Shown here in pieces: positions 10,551 through 20,800 of a stretch of DNA of 64,000 nucleotides (positions are counted from its first letter, which is position 1; every line of letters begins with the position of its first letter). This stretch comes from Opitutia bacterium (GTDB lineage Bacteria > Verrucomicrobiota > Verrucomicrobiia > Opitutales > T3Sed10-336), in assembly GCA_050506795.1 (NCBI GenBank), contig JBJHCF010000004.1, positions 93,811 through 157,810 of the forward strand. The letters run 5' to 3'. The position numbers and the translations under genes were made by a program. A model generated the notes under the pieces. It did not search any database and had not been told where the DNA came from. It was given only the letters and a program-made list of their open reading frames with translations.

Positions 10551-10766
10551 TTACTGAGGCGTTTCCGACGGAGTTTCCGGGTGTTCGGGATGTTGAGGTT
10601 CAGGCAAGGGTTCTCCCGGAAGGCCGGGCTGGTCCGGGTCCGGCGGCGGGGCCATATCGTCCGGCGGGGCGCAACCGGTGACGTTGACTCCGAGACCGAT
10701 CGCGGCAATAGCCGCCAGCGCGAGTGTCTTTTTCCCAAGTGATAGTTCAGTGCGTTTTTTCTTCAT
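10551..10766 (-). CDS. Small proline-rich lipoprotein
   Basis: Basic N-region, hydrophobic core, lipobox-like VTG-C, 40-aa Pro/Glu/Asp-rich mature part; own terminator. Confidence 0.65.
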   Translation of the reverse strand: MKKKRTELSLGKKTLALAAIAAIGLGVNVTGCAPPDDMAPPPDPDQPGLPGEPLPEPQHPEHPETPSETPQ

Positions 10767-10916
10767 GATGCGGCTTTCTGGTCAATGGTTGTTCACAATT
10801 AGAGATTTAACCTCAGTTCCAGCGACAGGTCCAGCACCAGGAGGTTCCCGAATTGGTTATACTTCTTCAAGAAAACAGAGTTACAGTTGAAAAAAGTCAA
10901 ATAACATCACACATCG

Positions 10917-12020
10917 TCAGTTGGCAAAACGAAAAAGGGCAACATCGCCATCCTGGAAAACGTAATCCTTGCCCTCCAGGCGCGCCTTTCCCGCCTCCCG
11001 GGCCGCCGTCATGCCGCCGAACTCCCTGAGGTGCTCGTAGGAAACGACCTCGGCCTTGATGAAACCCTTTTCGAAATCGGTGTGAATGACCCCGGCCGCC
11101 TGGGGGGCTTTCATGCCCAGAGTGATGGTCCAGGCCCGGACCTCCTTTTCCCCCGCGGTGAAGTAGGTGACCAGGCCCAGGAGTTGGTAAACGCCGCGTA
11201 TCAGAGTGTCGACGCCGGAGTCATTGACTCCGTAACCGGCCAAAAATTCCCTCACTTCCTCCGGGGCCAAATCCACCAGTTCGGATTCCAGGCGGGCGCT
11301 GACGTGGACGCAGGCGGCGCCGTGGTGTTCCCGGGCGTAGGTTTCCACTTTCTGCACGTACGGGTTGGCGGAAGCGTTGGCCAGGTCGCCTTCCGCGACG
11401 TTGGCCGCGTAAAGGATGGGTTTCGCGGAAAGCAGGAAGAAGCTTTTCATCACCGCTCGCTCGTCGTCTGACAACTCCGCGGTGATCGCGGGTTTTGTTT
11501 CGTTGAGGTGCGGGATGAGCTTTTCCGCGATCAACAGTTGGGCCTGGGCTTCCTGGTCGTTGCCGCGAGCCTTCTTTTTCAGCTTTTCAATCCGTTTTTC
11601 CAGCGATGCAATATCGGCCAGAATCAGCTCGGTGTTGATGGTTTCGATGTCGCGAATCGGATCGACCCCGCCCATGCTGTGGAGGATGTTGTCGTCATCG
11701 AAGCAGCGCACCACATGCACGATGGCGTCCACTTCGCGGATGTTGGAAAGAAACTGGTTTCCCAGACCCTCGCCTTTGCTTGCGCCGGCCACCAGACCCG
11801 CGATGTCGACGAATTCGATCGCCGCCGGGATGACCACGTCGGTCCGCACGATCCCCTGCAGGACGGCCAGTCGCTCGTCCGGGACGGTCACGACTCCCAC
11901 GTTGGGATCGATCGTGCAGAACGGGTAATTGGCGGATTCCGCCTTGTGCGTTTTGGTTAACGCGTTGAAAAGTGTCGATTTCCCCACGTTGGGGAGTCCC
12001 ACGATGCCGGCTTGTAACAT
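10917..12020 (-). CDS. ychF: Ribosome-binding ATPase YchF
   Basis: [43 protein letters not shown]-terminal TGS ([11 protein letters not shown]). Confidence 0.97.
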   Translation of the reverse strand: MLQAGIVGLPNVGKSTLFNALTKTHKAESANYPFCTIDPNVGVVTVPDERLAVLQGIVRTDVVIPAAIEFVDIAGLVAGASKGEGLGNQFLSNIREVDAIVHVVRCFDDDNILHSMGGVDPIRDIETINTELILADIASLEKRIEKLKKKARGNDQEAQAQLLIAEKLIPHLNETKPAITAELSDDERAVMKSFFLLSAKPILYAANVAEGDLANASANPYVQKVETYAREHHGAACVHVSARLESELVDLAPEEVREFLAGYGVNDSGVDTLIRGVYQLLGLVTYFTAGEKEVRAWTITLGMKAPQAAGVIHTDFEKGFIKAEVVSYEHLREFGGMTAAREAGKARLEGKDYVFQDGDVALFRFAN

Positions 12021-12137
12021 GATTTCTGACTTCTCTGAAAAGGAGGGGGCGGCGTCGACCTAAAAACGAGAAAACCAGGAAAAGGGCTTGCCTTAACCCG
12101 GCGATCTCCTTTTAGGTCAGGGTTTGGTTTAGGGCTT

Positions 12138-12211
12138 CGGGCCGTGGCGCAGCCTGGTAGCGCGCTTGCATGGGGTGCAAGAGGTCGAGAGTTCGAATCT
12201 CTCCGGCCCGA
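12138..12211 (+). tRNA. tRNA-Pro(GGG)
   Basis: CGGGCCG/CGGCCCG acceptor stem, anticodon arm CTTGC-ATGGGGT-GCAAG, T-loop GTTCGAATC; CCA not encoded. Confidence 0.95.
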
Positions 12212-12220
12212 CCGGAAATA

Positions 12221-12257
12221 AAAGAGGCTTCCGAAGTGATTCTTCGGAAGCCTCTTT
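12221..12257. terminator. Bidirectional terminator between tRNA-Pro and DUF1080 gene
   Basis: AAAGAGGCTTCCGAAG-TGATT-CTTCGGAAGCCTCTTT. Confidence 0.8.
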
Positions 12258-12284
12258 GCCTTTGAAATCCGGGTCGCCTGGTCC

Positions 12285-13082
12285 TCAGGGATCCAGTTTG
12301 CGAATACGGACTGAACGGATATCGGTGGGATGGCTTTCTGCCTGCAGGGCGATATGGCCCTCGGTCAAAGGAGTGCCATCTTCGAGTTGGGTACCGGAAT
12401 ATTCCATGACGAGTTCGCCGTTCAGGATATGCTGAATCAATTCATCGCCCCTAACAATCAACTCGGCGGTGACCCATTGATCGCCGTGGTGTGTGGGGCC
12501 CCCGGAGCCGATGCAGTGCTCTCGGCGCAGTTGGCCATCAACAACCACATGGGTTCCCGGAGTGCAGATGCTGCCGTTCGGACGGTCATTTGTGCCGTCT
12601 CCTCCCAGCAGCTGATACTCGATGGAAACAGGGAAGTCCTGATTCAGGAGCATCGTCGCCGCCGGCTGGGAGTGGAACATGATCCCGTTGTTGCGGTAGG
12701 CCCAGCCCGGACCGTTTTGCACCTGTTCTCCAACGAAGCGGTACTCTACGATCAGGTGGTAGTGGGAGAAAGGCTCTTCGTAAAAAATGTGGCCGAAACG
12801 TTCTTCGAATGTGTCATATTCGTCGTAGCGGATTTTCAGTATACCATCCTCGACGCGAAAGGTGTTGCCGTAATTGTCGTTCAGTTCATAGCCCCGGATT
12901 TTAATGTCCCAGCCGTCGAGGTTTTCCCCGTTAAAAAGGTCGACCCATTCGCTGTTACGGTTGCCGGAGGTCTGGCAGGCGGCAAAGACGAAGGTGGCGG
13001 CGACCGCGGCGAGGCGGAGGACACGGGAGGAGAGGGAACTCCGGTTTTGGTTCAGTAGTTGAGATGTGTTTTCTGCGTTCAT
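12285..13082 (-). CDS. DUF1080 (3-keto-disaccharide hydrolase family) lipoprotein
   Basis: LFNGENLDGW, NNGIMFH, EYQL, GHIALQAESHP; FAA-C lipobox; start uncertain (13082 or TTG 13130). Confidence 0.85.
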   Translation of the reverse strand: MNAENTSQLLNQNRSSLSSRVLRLAAVAATFVFAACQTSGNRNSEWVDLFNGENLDGWDIKIRGYELNDNYGNTFRVEDGILKIRYDEYDTFEERFGHIFYEEPFSHYHLIVEYRFVGEQVQNGPGWAYRNNGIMFHSQPAATMLLNQDFPVSIEYQLLGGDGTNDRPNGSICTPGTHVVVDGQLRREHCIGSGGPTHHGDQWVTAELIVRGDELIQHILNGELVMEYSGTQLEDGTPLTEGHIALQAESHPTDIRSVRIRKLDP

Positions 13083-13126
13083 AAGAGTCTTACAATTATA
13101 GTGTCGGGTGGCTGTTTGGGCGTCGG

Positions 13127-14005
13127 TCAACCGCGCATGAGCTGTTTCATGAACTCAGCGTTTTCACGCACCGCGTCGATCGGCGTGGTGCCGGCATAGG
13201 CTTCCTGCTCCACCAGGAAGTATTTCATGCCGTTGGCCCGGGCCACCGGAAGGATGGCGTGAAAATCGATCACACCGGTGCCGAGAATCGTGGATTGCCG
13301 GTTGTTGTTGCCGGCGGTCAGGTCCTTGACATGGGAGGAGGTGAAACGTCCCGGATAACGGTTGATCCACTCGATGGTGCTTTCGCCCGTGATTTCCACC
13401 CAGTAAATGTCGAGCTGGAACTCAACAAGATCCGGGTCGGTGCGCTGCATCAGAATGTCCTGAGGCATCTCGCCGTTTTGTTGCCTAAAGGTGTAGTCGT
13501 GATTGTGATACGCGAACTTCAATCCGGCGTCTCTGGCGATGCGACCGCGTTCGTTGAATTGGTCGGCGATCTCCCGGTAGCCGTCGAGGCTGTCCCGGCG
13601 ACCTATCCAGGGGCAGACAATGTATTCCATGCCGATTTCCGCGGCCTCGTCCACTTTGCGTTCGAAATCATTGAACACGTTGGCATGACTGGAAACCGGG
13701 CGCATGCCGTGATCTTCCAGAAAGGTTTTGAACCCGGTGTTGCCCATTCCCCAGAACATGCCCTGGGGGCCTTCGTAACTTTCAATCTGGGTGTAGCCGA
13801 ACTCACCGACCTGGCGTAACACGCCTTGGGGATCGTCCACGATCACGTCCCGCAGCGTGTAAAGCTGTAAACCAAAGGCCGTGTCCCGTGACCGGCGGTT
13901 GGCGTGGGCACATCCTTTCATTAGAGGCAAGCTGCCGAGCGCCAGGCCGGAGGCCAGTATGCCGGAGGATTTGAGGAAGGAACGACGACTAAGGTTTTTG
14001 TTCAT
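13127..14005 (-). CDS. Tat-exported sugar phosphate isomerase/epimerase (xylose isomerase-like TIM barrel)
   Basis: SRRSFLK twin-arginine motif; GLQLYTLRD, YHNH, LDIYW, HVKD, VEQE. Confidence 0.88.
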   Translation of the reverse strand: MNKNLSRRSFLKSSGILASGLALGSLPLMKGCAHANRRSRDTAFGLQLYTLRDVIVDDPQGVLRQVGEFGYTQIESYEGPQGMFWGMGNTGFKTFLEDHGMRPVSSHANVFNDFERKVDEAAEIGMEYIVCPWIGRRDSLDGYREIADQFNERGRIARDAGLKFAYHNHDYTFRQQNGEMPQDILMQRTDPDLVEFQLDIYWVEITGESTIEWINRYPGRFTSSHVKDLTAGNNNRQSTILGTGVIDFHAILPVARANGMKYFLVEQEAYAGTTPIDAVRENAEFMKQLMRG

Positions 14006-14199
14006 AGTAGATCCAAGTCAATGATTTCCACCGTACGGGTCGAGCAAAAAGCCGTTTCTCTCAGGATCCAAACATCGGCTTTCATTGTCATTAACCATGT
14101 TAATCCGGAACCTTGGCTGTTCGGGGATGCGTAAGGTAATACCGCGATGCGCACGGATGTTTTCGAGCAGTTAAGCGCGACATTGCTTTTCCATCTGTC

Positions 14200-14228
14200 A
14201 GGGTGCGGGGCCGGATTTGAACCGGCGA
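14200..14228 (-). repeat. Direct-repeat copy of the tRNA-fMet 3' end (att-like or decayed tRNA)
   Basis: AGGGTGC-GGGGCCGGATTTGAACCGGCGA matches 14318-14347 except for one deleted base. Confidence 0.85.
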
Positions 14229-14276
14229 TCCCGCAGGCGCGGTGTCAGGAGCCGAACCGCCCGTTCGGGGCGGCCA

Positions 14277-14309
14277 TAAAAAATCCCCGAAATCATTGAT
14301 TTCGAGGAT
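14277..14309 (-). terminator. Terminator of tRNA-Met
   Basis: Minus strand ATCCTCGAAATC-AAT-GATTTCGGGGAT followed by T run. Confidence 0.7.
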
Positions 14310-14320
14310 CTTTTATTAGG

Positions 14321-14394
<74 letters not shown>

Positions 14395-14465
14395 ACAGAT
14401 GAAGAGGATAAGGTAAGCCCGGCTTGGTTGGGCGTTCAAGTGAAAAATATACTTTTCTCAGGATT

Positions 14466-15692
14466 TTAGTGAGGAAAGCCCTGGCTGTAGGCTTGGTGAT
14501 GGGCGTCGATTTCCGCGCGTTCCAGGTTCTCCCTGCGGTCGGTGACCCAGAAACGGTAGCGAAAGGTGAGCGGTTGGTCGGCGGTCAGGGTGGTAGGAAT
14601 GAATTCACCGAAACGACCGTAAAGCCTCTCGGACATCTCGCGCCGGTCGTCTCCCGCGATGTCGCCGTTGGCGGGATGAGAGAGGTAAGCGACGGTGTAA
14701 TCGTCGCCCTCTATGGTGAACTGAAAGGCGTTCCAGGGAAGCCCCGTGATGCCGGCGTGTTCGCTTGCCGGGTCACGGTCCGCCCAATCCCCGGGCCGAA
14801 GGAAGCTGGAGAGCTCCCGATTGTCGGCCACGTATTGGGCCGCGCGAAACTGGACGCCCGCGTGATGGTTGTCACCGGCGAGTTCGATGTCCCCGACTCT
14901 CGACGTCAGGGTGGAGGTGAAATCGATATGAAAGTCGCCGCTTGACTGTTTGAACACTCGCAGCGTCCGGGTTTCTTCGATGAACCGGGTGTCCTCGGCG
15001 TCGGTCCAGTCGATGCGCACCGAATGACCACCGAACACCGGACCGGCCCAGGCGCGCAGGGTGCCGCGGTGCTCGGAACGTTCGCCGCGGGTGGCGTGCC
15101 AGATGTCGGCGCCGCCGCCTTCGAAGCGAATGTGGTTGTAACCGAAATAAATCCCCCGGTGATGGGGAAACAGGCCGCCCAGTCCCTTGGTGAGGTGCCG
15201 CGTGCCATCCGGCGAAAACACGTGGTGAAAGGGCTTTTTGGTGTCTTCGATGTTCTCCGGATCAAAGCGGGGGTGGATGTACTCCAGGACAGGGACGCCG
15301 TCGAAGGTCAACAGCGTGGCGCCGTTGTCCTCCGGAGCCCAGGCAAAGCGTTTCCCCGCTTCCGGCGCATCCGGCACGACGACGTATTCACGGGTCTCTC
15401 CCGCGGGTACCGTGGCCATAAACCAGAGGAGCGTGCGTCCGTCCTCGGCCGCTTCCACCTGGGCGGGAATCCGCTCGCCGTTGCTGGTCAGGTGAACGGA
15501 AGAATCTTCGCCCAGCACTTCGTTGCCGGTCCACTCCACGGCATAGGGCGCCTCGTTCAGGGCGTGTTCGCCCGCTCGTACGCTTATGGTGGTTGCGGCA
15601 CCGTCTTCGGCGAAAAGGATCGGGCCGAAAACTGCGGTGAGAGCGCATAATACGGTCGCCCTTGCGGTCAGGTTGATCTTTGGTTTTTTCAT
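14466..15692 (-). CDS. Secreted DUF6807 / PmoA-like family protein
   Basis: Signal peptide; KPFHHVFSPDG..LT, FPHHRGIYFGY, LTFRYRFWV. Confidence 0.65.
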   Translation of the reverse strand: MKKPKINLTARATVLCALTAVFGPILFAEDGAATTISVRAGEHALNEAPYAVEWTGNEVLGEDSSVHLTSNGERIPAQVEAAEDGRTLLWFMATVPAGETREYVVVPDAPEAGKRFAWAPEDNGATLLTFDGVPVLEYIHPRFDPENIEDTKKPFHHVFSPDGTRHLTKGLGGLFPHHRGIYFGYNHIRFEGGGADIWHATRGERSEHRGTLRAWAGPVFGGHSVRIDWTDAEDTRFIEETRTLRVFKQSSGDFHIDFTSTLTSRVGDIELAGDNHHAGVQFRAAQYVADNRELSSFLRPGDWADRDPASEHAGITGLPWNAFQFTIEGDDYTVAYLSHPANGDIAGDDRREMSERLYGRFGEFIPTTLTADQPLTFRYRFWVTDRRENLERAEIDAHHQAYSQGFPH

Positions 15693-15789
15693 AAAGGTGA
15701 TTTGGGCGGGGAAAAGGCTGAATTGGAACTCCGGGGCTGAACTCGGTCTCCTCAAGGTCTCAGATCGTGCTTCAGGGAGCTTGTTTCAT

Positions 15790-15990
15790 AGTTTCTGGGC
15801 GACAACTCCAGGATCTGCCGGAACGTGTTGAGAATGGAGATTTCATCGTCGACGTTCAGGATGGTCTCTCCCCGGCCCGGTGGCAAGTTTTCCTGGGGCG
15901 AAGCCGGTGAAGTGGCAACCCCGATATCGATCTGGGCCGGCAAATCGACGTTGAAGCCGATGCCTTTGCCGACCTCACCGTAAATCCGGG
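15790..15990 (-). pseudogene. Relic of hybrid histidine kinase (HATPase end + receiver start)
   Basis: Frame reads IYGEVGKGIGFNVDLPA...LPPGRGETILNVDDEISILNTFRQILE; in-frame TAA just upstream and no similarity after RQILE. Confidence 0.7.
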
Positions 15991-16102
15991 AGTGATCTCG
16001 TCGGGATTATGATCGAAACGATCTTCTCCGGGCAGCAGACCTCGGTGGTGTGAAGTGTCCCGTTCTAGCGCCCCAATCCCCTGGAACAGCAAGGCGATTT
16101 GG

Positions 16103-17626
16103 TCACTTGGCGACCGGGGCGAGACGACTTTTCACCGTCCTCCGGTCGAGCCCGAGCCTTCGGGCGGTTTCCTCCAGGGTTCCGGACGCCGCATAGACGT
16201 CGGTGCAGTAACCGTGCAGGAGCTGGTCGGCGGTGAGGGCGTGACGGCGAGCCTGTTCGATCCAGTCTGAGCTTTGGTTGGGCTCCCGGTTCGGAGGCGA
16301 GTACTCTTTGCGAATGAGCAGATTCCTCAGGCACTGTTCCAATTCCCGGAAGTTGCCAGGCCAAGGATAGCCGGGGCCGAGGTTTTTTTCAATCCATTGC
16401 CGCGCCTCGTCCGCGAAGGTGACCGCGTCCGCCCGCTCGCCGATCAGGCGTCGGGCCACGAATCGGGTCAGGGTCGAGAGTTCCTCCGGAGAATCGGCCA
16501 GCTGTTCGTGCAGCGACGGCGTGCGGACCAGGTCCGAGCAGAGCCGGTAATAGAAATCCTCCCGGAACCGGCCCGCGTTCATTTCGGCGGCCAGATCGCG
16601 ATTGGTCGCGGCGATGAGTTTTCCGCTGAAACGGTGCGCATCGGTCTCTCCCATACGCTGAAAGGTCCGGTCCTGAAGCACCCGCAGGAGTTTCACCTGA
16701 ATGGACGGATCGACGTCGCCGATCTCGTCGAGGAAAACCGTTCCGCTCGGGGGACAAACCTCCAGCCAGCCGGTTCGATTTTCCACCGCGCCGGTGAATG
16801 CTCCCCGGCGGTGACCGAAGAGTTCCGATTCAATGAGAGTGGGGGAGAGCGCGGAAAGGTTGAGCGGATGGAACGACCCCGCGAAATTCTCTTCGAACGC
16901 GCCGCGCGAGGGGTCGAATGCCAGGTAGCGGGAAAGGCCGATCGCCCGCGCCACCAGTTCCTTGCCCGTTCCGGAGGGGCCGGTGATCAGGGTGGCGAAG
17001 TCGCCCATGACCGGATAAAGGGAACTGCGGTAACGCCGCATGTCGTGGGTGAAAATCGACTGCCAGATGGCGCCCCGCAATCGGGTGATGGGCAGGCTGC
17101 TGCCGATTACCGACCGGTGGATGTTGTGAAAGGCCCGCCGTATCTGAAAAAACGCCGCGAACAGGTGGTCTGAGGGAATTCGCTCCTCCGGTGGCAGGCC
17201 GGGCCGGTCGAAAAGGGCGTCGTAATCGCGCCGGAAATGGGGGAAAAACGCGACGCGGTTGGCGGGACGTGGCCCGTCCAGCACCGCTCGAATGCTGGCA
17301 TCGAACCGTTCGCAGTAGTTGTGGAACAGTTTGTAGAGGGCCAGCGCCTCAAAAAGCCGGGCATCCTCGGCTCCCGGTTTTTTCCTTTGCGGCCAGTCCC
17401 GTGTGAGGCGGGCCAGCACGGATTCCACACGTTCCAGCAGCCGTATCAGGTTGGGATGTTGCGTTGCCAGGAGCGCCTGGCGATTCCACTCCGCGTCCTT
17501 TTCGACAAAGGCGTCCCCCAGCGCTTCACGCTCCGTGGCAATCCGTTCCTTGAGAAAGGGATTCTCGTAATTCAGGCGTTCGATGACCCGGGCGAAGCGC
17601 CGCTCTTCGGCGGTTAAGAGTTGCAT
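16103..17626 (-). CDS. Sigma54-dependent transcriptional activator (bEBP) with unrecognised N-terminal domain
   Basis: GPSGTGKE Walker A, ESELFGH, GAFTGA, FLDEIG, FREDFYYRL, WPGNFREL, C-terminal HTH. Confidence 0.93.
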   Translation of the reverse strand: MQLLTAEERRFARVIERLNYENPFLKERIATEREALGDAFVEKDAEWNRQALLATQHPNLIRLLERVESVLARLTRDWPQRKKPGAEDARLFEALALYKLFHNYCERFDASIRAVLDGPRPANRVAFFPHFRRDYDALFDRPGLPPEERIPSDHLFAAFFQIRRAFHNIHRSVIGSSLPITRLRGAIWQSIFTHDMRRYRSSLYPVMGDFATLITGPSGTGKELVARAIGLSRYLAFDPSRGAFEENFAGSFHPLNLSALSPTLIESELFGHRRGAFTGAVENRTGWLEVCPPSGTVFLDEIGDVDPSIQVKLLRVLQDRTFQRMGETDAHRFSGKLIAATNRDLAAEMNAGRFREDFYYRLCSDLVRTPSLHEQLADSPEELSTLTRFVARRLIGERADAVTFADEARQWIEKNLGPGYPWPGNFRELEQCLRNLLIRKEYSPPNREPNQSSDWIEQARRHALTADQLLHGYCTDVYAASGTLEETARRLGLDRRTVKSRLAPVAK

Positions 17627-17793
17627 GTGAAGACCGATAATGCCGCACCGGGACGGAAAGACAAGGCTGGGAGGAGTGGGCGGTACAAATTTCGTATGAA
17701 GGCGTTCATTAATTGTAGGACGTTTAGTCTATCGTGGTTTTGTTAGGATTCTTATTAATTTGAAAAAGAAGGCCTTACGGATTCTGAGCAAAT

Positions 17794-17809
17794 TGGCCCG
17801 ACACCGGCT
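17794..17809 (+). promoter_or_regulatory. Sigma54 -24/-12 promoter of the lipid-repair fusion gene
   Basis: TGG-CCCGACACCG-GCT: GG(17795-6)-N10-GC(17807-8), ~70 bp upstream of the ATG, divergent from a bEBP. Confidence 0.6.
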
Positions 17810-17880
17810 ATAGGAACGTGTTCCGCCGGGAGATCCAGTACCCGGGAGGGAATTCTTCAAAACCACAAAATGACTCTGCC

Positions 17881-20800
17881 ATGACTACGGAAAACACGGA
17901 TAACCGATCCCTGACTCGGCTGCTGGCCGTCCAGACTCAGGTCGCGTTCAACGACAACGCGGCCAAATTGATGCTCATCCTCCTCGCGGGCGCGCCGGGG
18001 GTGCTCCCGCCCGAGTGGGTGGTGCCGGTGATCGGCACACTGACCGCGCTCTTGGTGGCCCCTTTTATTGGATTCTCACCTTTTGCCGGCTGGCTGGCGG
18101 ACCGGTATTCCAAACGAACCGTCCTGCAGGCGGGTTTGGCCTTGCAGGTCGGAGTGATGGCCGCTTTGGGGGCCGTTTTGTACGTCGAAAGCATGGTGGG
18201 AGCGCTGGTTTGTTTCGGGTTCCTGGCGGTGCAGTCGGCGCTTTTTTCTCCGGCCAAGAGGGGTATCCTCAAGGAACTGGTCGGCTCGTCCCGGCTTTCG
18301 CTGGCGGTCGGTTGGATGGAGATGCTGACCATCGCCGCGATACTGATCGGGAGTCTGGGCGGGGCTCTGATGTTCGACTATTTCACGCGCGCCACGTCCG
18401 GTCCCTTTGCCGGGGCCTTTCTGGTGGCCTGCGTGCTTTTCGCGGCCTCGATCCTGGCCTGGTTTTTGTTCCAGGGGGTGGCTGCGACGCCGTCCCAGAG
18501 CCGGGAAGCCTATCGTCACCGTATCTGGTGGCGGCATCTTGCCGATCTGACCGAGCTTTGGCGCGACCGCCCGCTTTTTCGCGCGGGTCTGGGCGGCACC
18601 TGGTTTTTCAGCCTGGGCGGAGCCCTTTATCTGACCCTGACGCAGGTCGCGCGTGAAGCTTACGGCGGCGATGCCGGAACCGGGGCGTTCACAGCGTTGA
18701 TGCTGGGCCTGCTGGGCGTCGGAACGGTGGCGGGGCACCTCTCGGCCGGTTTGTTGTCGCGCGGCCGGGTCGAACTGGGGCTGGTCCCGATCGGTTGCCT
18801 CGGATTGGCCGCCGGCCTGGGTATTCTGGCCGCGGGAACGCCGGGGACGGTGTTTTTCAGCGCCGGTTTGCTCGGCCTTGGGTTTGCCGGCGGGCTTTTC
18901 CTGGTTCCGCTTTACGCCTATATCCAGGACCAGGCCGGCGATCATCGCCGCGGCCGGATTCTCGCCGCGGTGAATATCATGGAAAGCCTGGGCGGCCTGG
19001 CGGCCGCGGGCGCGTACGTTTTTATGGCGCGTTTCCTGGGATTGGATTCGTCGGGCCAGTTGTTCGTGATGCTGGGGGCAACGCTCCTGATCGGACTCTA
19101 TCTCGTGCGCCTTTTGCCCGACAGTTTTGTCCGGGCGGTGGCGCGCTGCCTGGCGTTTCCCATTTACCGGCTGCGGGTGCGGGGGCTGGAAAACCTGCCG
19201 CGCGAGGGTGGGGGAATCGTGATCGCCAATCACGTTTCGCAACTCGACGCCGTCATGTTGCAGTTCGCCTGCCCGCGTCAGCTGCATTTTATGGGGTTCG
19301 AGGGACTGCGGCGCTTTCGCTGGTTGCGTTGGGCGTTTCGGTTGTTCGCGGTCATTCCGGTTTCCGATCGTCGCGCGAAAGACGCCATCCGGGCCGCCGC
19401 CGAGCGCGCCGCGGCGGGCGAGCTGGTCTGCATCTTTCCGGAAGGTGCGATTTCGCGGACCGGAACCTTGCAGGAGTTGAAGCGGGGATTCGCACTCATG
19501 GCCCGGCAGTCGCGAACCCCGGTGTTTCCGGTCTATCTCGATTCGCTTTGGGGATCGATTTTTTCCTACCGCGGGGGCCGGCTGTTCTGGAAGCGTCCCC
19601 GCCGGTTTCCCTACCCGGTACACGTCCACTTCGGGGAACCGATTCCCTGGGAAGAGGCCTCGCCCAACCGCGCCCGGCAGGCATTGCTGGACCTTGGAGA
19701 GACGGCGTTTGGCGAACGCCCGGAACTGCGCCGTCACTTGGGCCGGGCCTGTGTGCGGGCGCTGGGACGGAAACCGTGGCGGGAGGCGTTTATCGATTGG
19801 ACCGGTGATCGGCGCTCGGTTTCCCGGGGGAAACTTCTGGCGGTTTCCGTCGCGCTCAGCCGGAGGATTCGCGAAATGACGCCCGAACGCCGCGTCGGCA
19901 TTGTCCTGCCGCCGGGAGCGGGCGGCGCCATCGCCAACCTGGCGGTGGTTTTGGCCGGGAAAATTCCGGTGAACCTGAACTTCACCGCGGGACGGGCGGC
20001 CATCGAATCCAGTTTGGACCGAGGAGAGATCGGTACCGTGCTTACCGCCGGGGCCATGAAAGCCAAGGTGGGGGACTTTCCCTGGCCGGCCAGGACTCTG
20101 GATATCGCTGAGGAAATCCGGTCCTGCGGGCGCGCGTCCATCGTCGCCTGGCTGGTAGCGACGTGGATCCTGCCGGCGTCCGTCATGGCTTGGCGTTTAA
20201 ACCTGCCGCGGCACGGCGATCATGACGAGGCCGGCCTGCTCTTCACCAGTGGCAGTTCCGGAGAACCCAAGGGCGTGGCGCTTACCCACCGCAACATTCT
20301 GGGCAACGTCGAGCAAATCGACGAAATGGGTGTGCTGCGGGATACGGATACCGTGCTGGGCTCCCTGCCGCTTTTCCACAGCTTCGGGTTCACCGTGACC
20401 CTCTGGTGCGCGATTCTTAAGGGCGTTCGGGTCGCCACCGTGCCTTCGCCGCTCGATGCCCGCCGGATCGCGCGGGTGATCGGTGAGGAAGGAGCGACGG
20501 TGCATGTCGGCACGCCGACTTTTCTGCGCATGCTGATGCGTCAGGCCGAACCGGACCAGTTGCGCTCCCTCCGCCTGGTGATTTCCGGCGCGGAGAAGTT
20601 GTCCGACGAATTGGCCGCGGCCTTTCGCGAGCGTTTCGGGGTATCCGTTCTGCAGGGTTACGGGCTCACCGAAACCAGTCCGGTGGCGGCGGTCAATGTT
20701 CCGGATCCCGAGCGTCCGCGCGTCAGCATGGGAAGGCATCTGGGACAAAAACCCGGCGCCGTCGGCCGGCTTGCTCCCGGCATGACCGCTCGTATTGTTT

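Noticed and set aside
14466..15692. Particulate methane monooxygenase
   Set aside because: Soluble secreted protein without multiple TM helices and no pmoB/pmoC; the family name is misleading
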